IMG/VR virus record: IMGVR_UViG_3300048575_000062
Location: 1 to 43,878 of that record
DNA: 43,878 nt
From: a virus
Lineage: Duplodnaviria > Caudoviricetes
Strand: one strand, 5' to 3'
Made by a program: the position numbers and the translations under genes. How positions within the stretch are numbered: position 1 is the stretch's first letter; each line of letters starts with the position of its first letter. The notes beneath the pieces were generated by a model. That model was not told the DNA's origin and did not search any database. It was given only the letters and a program-made list of their open reading frames with translations. Below, piece after piece: positions 36,901 through 43,878 of the stretch.

Positions 36901-38852
36901 GCGAGTTGAAGCAGTCTATCAATTGGGAGGCCATATTCGGGAACTTATCTGCTTTGACTAAGAAGCAGCTTCAAGATGTGAAGAAGCAATTGGTTGCATT
37001 TAAAAACAGCCCTGAATTTAAAAAAAATGCATCTCCGGAAAATGTGAAGATCATAGAAGAGGCCATCAACAACCTTAATACGGCCATTGTCGACAAAGAA
37101 GGTTTATTTGGTGGAATTGAGTCGTCTTTATTGGATTATAAGAATGCGGTTGATAAAGTTACAGAGGCACAGGAGAAGCTTAAAGAGGCTCTAAAGTCAG
37201 GGGATGATGCAGCTATTGAGAAAGCTAGAAAAGACCTTCAGGAAGCCAAAGATTTACAGATCAGCGCTCAGAGCAATGTAAGTAAGTCTCAAAATAAAGC
37301 GATTAGTAACATTACAGCTATCACTAACGCAATAACGCAGCTGGGCGAAGCCGATGTGTCATTAACCAGTCTCGGCAACACCGTAGGTACGCTGGTAGAT
37401 GCGCTAAGTGAATCAGGCAGTCAAATAGGTGGGATCATTTCTGCTCTTCTTGCTGTTATGGACCAGATTGGGCAGAAAGGTTTAGATGGATTCCTGAGTG
37501 ATATAATTGAATCAAGCTGGCAGGCCACCGGAGGATTGGTTGAAAGCATTGGGAAAGTCTTTGGTATCAAGGGAGCAGGAGGGATCTTCAAAGGTGCGGA
37601 CTATTCGGGATATAACGAGATGGTTGCGCAATATCGTAGGTTGAACGATATATGGGATGAACTTATCAATAGCAAGAAAGAGTACATCGAGATGTCATAC
37701 GGGGCGGAAGCTTACAAGGCAAGCAAGGAGGCCGAAGAGCTGATCAATAAAAGCATTGAAAGCTATCGTAAATTAGGTGTCGAAAGACTTAATTCAGGGG
37801 CTAGTACAGGCTCTCGCAGTATTGGTGTAAGGCAAAGAAAAAGAATGTCCTCATCTGATTGGGAAGAAGCACAAAAAGCATTAGGTTCTGCTTACGATAA
37901 AGCCACAGAAGGGCGCATGACCGGACTCTTCGATTTATCAGTAGAACAACTAGAGAAACTTAAGTCGGAAGCTCCCACATTCTGGGCTAAACTAGATGAT
38001 GATGTACGTGGGTATCTGAATAGTATTATCGAAGGTCAGGAACGTATTGAAGAGATACAAGAAACGCTTAAAGAGTCTGTTACAGGTGTTTCTTTTGATT
38101 CTTTCTTTGATAGTCTACTAGACTCCCTTTACGATGTTGAAACGACATACAAGGATATAGCCGATGACATGTCGGAGCACATGAGGAAATCTCTTATCAA
38201 GGCGTTTGTCATTGAAAACTACAAAGATGATATACGGAAGTGGTACGATATGTGGGCTAAATCACTTGAAGACGGTAAGATTTCCTCAGATGAACAAAAA
38301 GCCCTTGACGATTTAAAGAGTAGTATCATAACCGGTGCCGTAGAATCAACCAAGCTGATAAACGATCAATTTGATACAGCTGCTTCATCTCAAAAAAACA
38401 CATCTAAAGGTTTCAACACGATGGATCAGGATACTGGGAATGAACTTAAGGGTCGTTTCACTGCTTTACAGATTTCAGGTGAAGAAAGTAAAACTCAACT
38501 AGTCCAACAAACGGCTTTACTTATTTCTATTAATGAGAAAATGTCTCTGCTCAATTACATGAAAGGTGAAGCGATTTTGTCTACTCCAAGTGCTCCTGAT
38601 ATTGCAGATCAGAACAGAGCTGTTATCTCAAACAGTTATCAGCCACATATAAACATCAACTTTCCTACCGATAAGATCGATTCGTTAGCGTCTGATGTTT
38701 TTGCTATGAAAGGAATAATTGACGAGATGCGTACTTTGCAAGTTGAGCATATTCCGGATATTGCAGGTAATATTTCAAGAGTAGTGAAAAACTCGCCTAA
38801 AATAAACGATAAATTAGACAATATAAATGATAACATTAAAAAAGCATTATAG
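33957..38852 (+). CDS. Tape measure protein
   Basis: 1631 aa helical; AFSQMSAAGKLMGQDLNQMINAG tape-measure motif. Confidence 0.93.
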   Translation: MPKLYFRVESDWEKVLRLREEIVKLESQLKSMDANKAPAAVATLNRQINEAQSQLKGMVSEAAKKAVVMDGDFKSKIYKGSQAVNDFTQKIINQKAVVKDVEADVRRLTDAYRSVRMNPLKAGNALGELNAAKRALNEERSALFDLTQQQANARLSVRKLKDEYALYSTQVKDSTSSIFSLGKALGIIGGVATLKQLGSKILDVRSQFRSAEVSLETIVGEEQAKKLLSKNKQYAKISSLEFMDIQSSTEMMIGFNIEAEKVPRYIEAIGDISRGNSQKFQSLSLAFSQMSAAGKLMGQDLNQMINAGFNPLQFIAEKTGKTIAQLKDEMSKGAISAEMVQQAFIDATSAGGKFYGMSQKQSEEVAGQMSILSDTISNKLNEIGESNEGLIKAGIKGATALVNNYEEIGKAITILITTYGTYKTALVLSTLLEEGGSKALWGKIAATKAATVAQATYNKVLLMNPYVAVTAGVVALGVALYTLSDSTSAQEKEYKKLIDRQEKYDKYLENEKRRIDDLLSILQDELSTREAKLKAFNELQKISPSVFGTYETEKQLVDNLTEARKKENEQLLIKQKMMTSYNQINDINSLKGLKRLQELERVGEAGRIRQGTQAEYQSLYQQFNIKRDKGAFETDAEVIKGKIRAITSIIGADQEKMRQSQQIAWALSLEGMTKESAKAYLKMYEGYRIILRDSGKEWLQIQGEEAPLTDKMLVSRIQSLNDKIINIEEKSAKDYINEAKSAWDKAKKDVEDIKTSAKTYTSADQYEKELKKADDAEKAAKERYEKLGGSTTKKETESEKLRKETEKYNVLLTKQALEEKRRAEDLQMSVVEDRIKAMDEGSKKTIAQMEYNFEKEMQTIDREKEDALRRKIEDARAAFEANPKNKGKSFDSSGITLSDKDIEMYDSRYKSAILSFEKEQAAFKQRSKDSWNDYLKEWGTVMEKRKAITESYSDKIAKAETDGEKESLKKQMQEELSNIDLSELKQSINWEAIFGNLSALTKKQLQDVKKQLVAFKNSPEFKKNASPENVKIIEEAINNLNTAIVDKEGLFGGIESSLLDYKNAVDKVTEAQEKLKEALKSGDDAAIEKARKDLQEAKDLQISAQSNVSKSQNKAISNITAITNAITQLGEADVSLTSLGNTVGTLVDALSESGSQIGGIISALLAVMDQIGQKGLDGFLSDIIESSWQATGGLVESIGKVFGIKGAGGIFKGADYSGYNEMVAQYRRLNDIWDELINSKKEYIEMSYGAEAYKASKEAEELINKSIESYRKLGVERLNSGASTGSRSIGVRQRKRMSSSDWEEAQKALGSAYDKATEGRMTGLFDLSVEQLEKLKSEAPTFWAKLDDDVRGYLNSIIEGQERIEEIQETLKESVTGVSFDSFFDSLLDSLYDVETTYKDIADDMSEHMRKSLIKAFVIENYKDDIRKWYDMWAKSLEDGKISSDEQKALDDLKSSIITGAVESTKLINDQFDTAASSQKNTSKGFNTMDQDTGNELKGRFTALQISGEESKTQLVQQTALLISINEKMSLLNYMKGEAILSTPSAPDIADQNRAVISNSYQPHININFPTDKIDSLASDVFAMKGIIDEMRTLQVEHIPDIAGNISRVVKNSPKINDKLDNINDNIKKAL

Positions 38853-38854
38853 CT

Positions 38855-39271
38855 ATGAGAGGAGAGTTAATAATAAACGGTAAAGATGCTTTCGATACAT
38901 GGGGCGTTAATATGGGTAGTGGTTTTCTGAATAATATTTTAACACCTCCACCTGTGAAAGATTATATAGAAAATAAAAGCAGGTTGGAAAATGGAAAGAG
39001 GGTTATTCTGAATAATAAAAAATATGACGAAAGGGAATTCAATCTTATTTTTACCATAAAAGGTTCAAGCCCAAGTGATTACATATTAAAATTCAAAGCT
39101 TTTATGTCTGAAATGTCTTCTGGCTTGGTATCTATTAATATTCCATCTATCGGAAATGAGATTTACCGCGTTTACTATAAGAATTCCACATCGTTTGCTT
39201 TTAGCTTTGATCGTACTTTTTCTAAGATAGCCATGAAAGTTTGTGAACCTAATCCGGCAAACAGAGAATAG
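38855..39271 (+). CDS. Distal tail (Dit-like) protein
   Basis: Directly after tape measure. Confidence 0.7.
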   Translation: MRGELIINGKDAFDTWGVNMGSGFLNNILTPPPVKDYIENKSRLENGKRVILNNKKYDEREFNLIFTIKGSSPSDYILKFKAFMSEMSSGLVSINIPSIGNEIYRVYYKNSTSFAFSFDRTFSKIAMKVCEPNPANRE

Positions 39272-39275
39272 AATA

Positions 39276-39300
39276 ATAAGCCGGATTAACTCCGGCTTAT
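39276..39300. terminator. Terminator between convergent genes
   Basis: ATAAGCCGGA-TTAAC-TCCGGCTTAT. Confidence 0.75.
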
Positions 39301-39315
39301 GCTGTTTTATATTAT

Positions 39316-39849
39316 TTAGTTATCAATATCTTTTATATCAATAAGTTTGGACATATCTTTATTGAATCGGAATTCTTGTTCTTTTAGTATAGTTGCATTA
39401 TAAACATTCTTAGTTCTATATTTGTGAATAAGTTTCCATCCTATAAATGAGGGGTTGAAATCTTTTAGATATGAATAAAACAAACCTCTGTTTGCTTGAT
39501 ATATCTTCCATTTCTCAATGGCACCTACTTTATACAAATGTTCTTGTGCTTCCATCTGTTTTATTGTTTCTGATACATCTGGAAGCCCTTCTATATTTTC
39601 AAGTCCCGCTTTTTCTTTTGATTCCATAGCACGCATAAACAATCCTTTTCCGTATTCATCGTCAGACAGTGATGTAAACAAACTATCTAATCTGCTATAA
39701 GATATAGGAGAATAGCTTGCGTAATCATTCATGGTTTCTTTGAATTCCTTTCTTATAAGTTGCTTCGCTTTGTCCATCTTGGATATCTTTTGCTGAGAAA
39801 AAGAATTCAATGAAAAGAGAAGTACTACAGGGAATAATATTTTTCTCAT
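39316..39849 (-). CDS. Secreted protein (moron)
   Basis: Signal peptide ending SFSQ; YRTKNVYNA motif. Confidence 0.75.
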   Translation of the reverse strand: MRKILFPVVLLFSLNSFSQQKISKMDKAKQLIRKEFKETMNDYASYSPISYSRLDSLFTSLSDDEYGKGLFMRAMESKEKAGLENIEGLPDVSETIKQMEAQEHLYKVGAIEKWKIYQANRGLFYSYLKDFNPSFIGWKLIHKYRTKNVYNATILKEQEFRFNKDMSKLIDIKDIDN

Positions 39850-39898
39850 AATCGCATATTAAAGTTTAACAATTCACAAATTTAGAGACTATTTTTAA

Positions 39899-39958
39899 CT
39901 ACTCACCCATTTTCAGTAAAGATTCAAGGTCGGAACTGGATTTTATTGTGTAAACTAC
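39899..39958 (-). pseudogene. Relic 3' end of an XRE regulator
   Basis: VVYTIKSSSDLESLLKMGE* resembles TVYEIHSFDDLEKLLKLKRE of the XRE fragment. Confidence 0.6.
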
Positions 39959-40017
39959 TTATCTTTAGTCCTATTTTTGCTTTCATTCGAGTTTAGCACC
40001 GTAGTTGAGACAGGTGA

Positions 40018-40497
40018 TTATTCTATGGGGTCTTTTTTCCAGTTTTTACCTCCGAATTCTTTATATTGAATATCCTGATATGGATACCACCAAACATCAC
40101 TTGGGCAATCAAATGAGGATTGTGCAATAAAATGGTCTGCCACTTTAATGTATTTCTCACCTTTTAATGGATATTCCTTTATTAATGGGTATATCTTCTT
40201 TGTGTCAACAATATTGATATTTGATTTCGAGTAGTGAGTATCTCTAAAATCATGTACGAACTTCGATACAGAATCTTTATTGATAGTTCCTTTATACAGT
40301 ATGTAGTAGTTTGTTACAGCAGGTAAAACCTCCTCTTCAAGAATTTCAAATTTTGTTGTGTCCAAAGCTGTAACAGGGGCTTGTTCTTCTTGCATGAGAA
40401 CCGAATGAGCGGTTACTTCTTCTTGATTTCCTTTTTTATTATTTCCACATCCAAATAATAAGGATATAACCAATGCAAGGAGTATTTGCTTTCTCAT
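40018..40497 (-). CDS. Lipoprotein (moron)
   Basis: Lipobox LFGC. Confidence 0.8.
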   Translation of the reverse strand: MRKQILLALVISLLFGCGNNKKGNQEEVTAHSVLMQEEQAPVTALDTTKFEILEEEVLPAVTNYYILYKGTINKDSVSKFVHDFRDTHYSKSNINIVDTKKIYPLIKEYPLKGEKYIKVADHFIAQSSFDCPSDVWWYPYQDIQYKEFGGKNWKKDPIE

Positions 40498-40524
40498 AAT
40501 TGTGCGCTTTAAATGTTAATATTG

Positions 40525-40840
40525 TTACAAATCAACGCATAAAATTACACAGAAGCAAATATTACCCCAACAATTTAAATTTAGAACTACAATTTTAGTG
40601 TTTGTTTCTCTTTTTAGCTTCAAAAGCTTCTCCAAATCATCGAAAGAATGAATCTCATAAACAGTTCCTTTTACTTTAATGTAACCGTTTACATCTTCTC
40701 CTAAATCATTCTTTTTGAATAATTCGATTATGTCTACATTTCGGGCATTGGCAATGCGTTCCAATGTATCAACGGTCGGGTTGCCGTTTATCGCTTTTGA
40801 AAGCCCTGCTCGTGACAGTCCTATCTTATCCGCTAACTGG
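40525..40840 (-). pseudogene. 5'-truncated XRE HTH regulator
   Basis: QLADKIGLSRAGLSKAINGNPTVDTLERIA lacks first helix; junction with Dit relic. Confidence 0.7.
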
Positions 40841-40843
40841 AAA

Positions 40844-40897
40844 TTTGGCAAGATTACGGTTGAATTCAATGAACCGAATCCGGCTAATAGAGAATAA
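40844..40897 (+). pseudogene. Relic Dit 3' end
   Basis: FGKITVEFNEPNPANRE* versus FSKIAMKVCEPNPANRE* (39218-39271). Confidence 0.85.
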
Positions 40898-40898
40898 A

Positions 40899-40923
40899 TA
40901 ACGCACCTTTCTTACATTGTTCG
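40899..40923 (+). promoter_or_regulatory. Late-promoter upstream motif, copy 3
   Basis: TAACGCACCTTT-N6-TTGTTCG. Confidence 0.6.
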
Positions 40924-40980
40924 TTTTGGAAGTCCATAGAAATTGGGCTTCCTTTTTTTATCTCCGAACTTTGGTGTGTT

Positions 40981-43878
40981 ATGGTAGACATTAAAGACAT
41001 ACAAGGTAATATAATTCTTTCCACTCCCATAAAGGAAGATTCAAAGAGAAAATTCACGCTGCAAAAAGAAGATTATGTAACGTTGAAATTCTCGTTGGAT
41101 GATCCGATCTATTTTAAACTGGGTAATTGGGTTGATACAGACTTCGGCCTGTTTGAACTCGTGGATTTGTATAAGCCAAATTATAATCAGTCAACGGCAG
41201 CTTATGATTACGAGCTGAGACTAGATGCGTATTACTGGAAGTGGAAGAATAAGAAACTAAAATACTCTCCTGAAAGCGCAGCTAAAGAGACTTCATTCAA
41301 CTTAACTGCAACACTGGATGTGCATGCAGGGATCGTATTGCGCAACCTGTCCGCACTCGGATATAAGTATAGAGGGGTGGATTTCACTTTCTCTATTGAC
41401 TCCACGGTGGAGAACAAACCGTTTTTAATGACTTATGACAACATCAACATACTGGATGCCTGCTTTCAAATGGCGGATAGTGCAGGTTGTGAATGTTGGG
41501 TGACGGATAATATTATTCATTTCGGGAGATGTGAATTCGGGGATCCGGTAGATTTCGAGCTAGGTGTCAATGTCGATACCATGAAGAGGTCAGACAGCCA
41601 GACGGAATACTCTACAAGAATAATTGCGTTCGGTTCTACCCGAAATATCCCCACTAACTACAGGCCGACCGATGATAGTATGATTGTCGCAGGTGTAGTG
41701 CAGAAAAGGCTTATGCTTCCCGTTGGTATTTCTTATGTGGATGCTTACGAGAACATGGCAGAGGAAGAAGCGGTAGAAGATGTTGTAGTATTCGACGATG
41801 TTTATCCAAGACGAATAGGCACAATGTCGGGTGTTACAACTAAACAGTACATTGATAAGATAGAGAACGCAGACGGAACGACCACAAGTGAGGTCTGGAA
41901 CGCATACCGATTCAAAGACAGCATTAACTTCTCAAAGGACTATGTAATATCAGGGCAAGACCTGAAAATCAAATTTGAATCTGGACTTCTTAACGGGATG
42001 GAGTTCGGGGTAACATTCAACCCTGATGGTAAGCCCGAAAAGATAAATGGAGATTGGAATCCTGAGGCACAGATTTGGGAGATAGTTAGAAACTCAGACT
42101 ATGGAGTCAATCTACCCAATGACACCCTAAAACCTGTAAATGGTGATAAGTTTGTGTTGAGCGGTTTTGATATTACATTCGTTTCTGACACATATATTCC
42201 TCTGGCCGAGCAAGAACTACTCCAAAAAGCTCAGGAATATGTAGCAAAGACAAAGATAGATCCGTCCACATACGACAATAAGATGATGTCAGGGGGAGCT
42301 TTGTATGAGGTTGGCGATAGAGTGAACCTTATCAATCCGGGCTATTTTGAGAATGGGCGTGTATCAAGGATTATAGGTTTTGAGTATAACCTTGACATTC
42401 CAACCGACAGTCCGATATATACAGTTGGCGAAACAGCTGCTTATTCCAGAATTGGGGATATTGAAGAGAAGCTGGAGACTATAACCTATAAAAGTCAGAC
42501 GTATACAGGATCAGGGGGAAGCGGTGTGTACGTAATCCGACTTAACGATAGTACAACTGCTTCCAATAGTAACGTCTTCTCTTCATTACGTCAATTGGCT
42601 ATGTTCCTTCGCAAAGATATACCGGATAAGGCTTCCGAAATAATAGACTTTCTAAAAGGCTTAACGGTAAACGGAGATAAAGCCTCCATAGATAAAGACG
42701 GTATAGCAACTGTGCAGGAGCTTATTGCTTTGGTTAAAGCCCAATTAGCTGCATTGGAAGTAACTGGAAATGCAAAAGCTAAAACGGCAACTATCACACA
42801 TAAAGTCACTACCCTGAATCTGCTCGTTCAAAAGCTTGCAGAAACATACGATCTGAACGTTTCCAACGTTGCTACACTTTTCCGCACGATAATCAGGGAT
42901 TATGTAAGCTCCGAAACATTTATCCACGGACTCACAGGTGAAGGTTTTAAACTGTATAAAGCCCTGAACGGTGATTGGAATTTAGAGCTTGATAACCTGA
43001 TCATCCGTAAGGCCATGACTATTTTCGAGCTGATCATCTCAAAAGTCCGTGCTGTCAATGGCGGCTTGGTTGTCTCTTTGGCAAACGGTCGGGTTAAGTC
43101 TGTAAGTGAAGATTCAACGAGTTATGTTTTAGGTATTGAGGGCGACATGACTTTTGTGGCTGATGACTTTGTACGCTGTCAGGTATTTAGCCCTTCCGGT
43201 GCAAAATATTACTGGGTACGTATCCTTTCAGTATCGGGGGATGCAATAACCATTCCTAAATCAGAGTTTCCGGTTGGGATTGTGCCCGCCGTTGGTGATG
43301 ACCTTGTACAGATGGGTAACAAAACGAATACAGCCCGACAAGGTGTTTTGTATCTCACCGCATCCGAAGACGGTAAGCCCCGTTTTTCTGTTTTTGACGG
43401 TGTTAACTCAACTGACCTGACAGGAAAGAATAAATTGATATTAGGCTGTTTGGATGGTATTACTGATTCAGATTTCCCTTCTGATGCACAACCTTCCGGT
43501 TATGGCCTTTGGGCTGTTAATGTGTTCTTAAAAGGGTTGTTTATTCTTCGCAACGGTAAGTCTGTCGAAGATGAGCTGAACGCTGTGAAGACAGAGCTTT
43601 CCGTTATACCGGGACAAATCAGCTCGGCAATTACCGAAAGTAAGTCATATACAGATGCAAATGCGGCTATTCACACCGAAGTGATTAGCTCCAACGGTAC
43701 AGCCTTCCGCAATGACGTAATTGATTCAACACTCACAGCAAGGGTTTACAAGGGTAACGTAGATATAACGGACACAATCAATCAGTCCTGTTTTAAATGG
43801 AAAAGGAAAAGCAACAATTCGGAAAAGGATGCTGTCTGGAACCTGAAATATTCAACTTACGGCTCAAACATCATCAAC
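40981..43878 (+). CDS. Tail tip/hub protein, partial (runs off window; not in ORF track)
   Basis: ATG 40981, MVDIKDIQG...; TRIIAFGSTRN; SRIIGFEYNLD; in frame at window end. Confidence 0.85.
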   Translation, partial: MVDIKDIQGNIILSTPIKEDSKRKFTLQKEDYVTLKFSLDDPIYFKLGNWVDTDFGLFELVDLYKPNYNQSTAAYDYELRLDAYYWKWKNKKLKYSPESAAKETSFNLTATLDVHAGIVLRNLSALGYKYRGVDFTFSIDSTVENKPFLMTYDNINILDACFQMADSAGCECWVTDNIIHFGRCEFGDPVDFELGVNVDTMKRSDSQTEYSTRIIAFGSTRNIPTNYRPTDDSMIVAGVVQKRLMLPVGISYVDAYENMAEEEAVEDVVVFDDVYPRRIGTMSGVTTKQYIDKIENADGTTTSEVWNAYRFKDSINFSKDYVISGQDLKIKFESGLLNGMEFGVTFNPDGKPEKINGDWNPEAQIWEIVRNSDYGVNLPNDTLKPVNGDKFVLSGFDITFVSDTYIPLAEQELLQKAQEYVAKTKIDPSTYDNKMMSGGALYEVGDRVNLINPGYFENGRVSRIIGFEYNLDIPTDSPIYTVGETAAYSRIGDIEEKLETITYKSQTYTGSGGSGVYVIRLNDSTTASNSNVFSSLRQLAMFLRKDIPDKASEIIDFLKGLTVNGDKASIDKDGIATVQELIALVKAQLAALEVTGNAKAKTATITHKVTTLNLLVQKLAETYDLNVSNVATLFRTIIRDYVSSETFIHGLTGEGFKLYKALNGDWNLELDNLIIRKAMTIFELIISKVRAVNGGLVVSLANGRVKSVSEDSTSYVLGIEGDMTFVADDFVRCQVFSPSGAKYYWVRILSVSGDAITIPKSEFPVGIVPAVGDDLVQMGNKTNTARQGVLYLTASEDGKPRFSVFDGVNSTDLTGKNKLILGCLDGITDSDFPSDAQPSGYGLWAVNVFLKGLFILRNGKSVEDELNAVKTELSVIPGQISSAITESKSYTDANAAIHTEVISSNGTAFRNDVIDSTLTARVYKGNVDITDTINQSCFKWKRKSNNSEKDAVWNLKYSTYGSNIIN

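Larger units (their letters stand above)
251..43878. mobile_element. Temperate siphovirus-like prophage, right end outside window
   Basis: Repressor, replication, terminase, portal, capsid, tape measure and tail modules in canonical order next to a tRNA 3' end; exact att core cannot be fixed without the other end. Confidence 0.93.

Noticed and set aside
40715-40897. 60-aa plus-strand ORF
   Set aside because: Chimera of XRE antisense sequence and the Dit relic.
2715-42927. Many short ORFs antisense to or nested in long genes (e.g. 2715-2933, 13948-14214, 29092-29391, 42591-42809)
   Set aside because: Fully overlap well-supported CDSs and lack motifs or leaders.

Overview
The window is the left ~44 kb of a temperate siphovirus-type prophage in a Bacteroidales host (TAnnTTTG promoters, AT-rich ribosome-binding regions), starting just after a host tRNA-Arg(TCT). 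Gene order: leftward lysogeny/cargo operon with a CI-like repressor; early recombination and replication genes (Sak4-like ATPase, exonuclease, SSB-like, NinB, NinG, two NUMOD4-HNH endonucleases, SF2 helicase, DUF4373 initiator, DnaC-like loader); a pre-packaging cassette; terminase, portal, a moron island with HigBA, head, neck and tail genes; and a tail-tip gene that runs off the end. No integrase or lysis genes are in the window. The most unusual element is the cassette at 20.4-22.5 kb. It has a tRNA with an initiator (fMet-type) body but a GAC (Val) anticodon. Its anticodon arm is complementary over 14 nt (8 Watson-Crick, 6 G-U) to the 5' end of an unannotated 47-codon ORF that begins at GTT right after a stop and ends in Gly-Gly. 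This ORF lies among ASCH, PP-loop (PAPS-reductase-like) and ParB-like genes. I infer a possible dedicated initiator-tRNA/peptide-conjugation system. Also seen: three tRNA-mimic RNAs, a 25-bp motif in three copies before late promoters, three operator copies, and insertions flanked by duplicated diverged gene ends. All protein family calls are from motif recognition by eye, not database searches.
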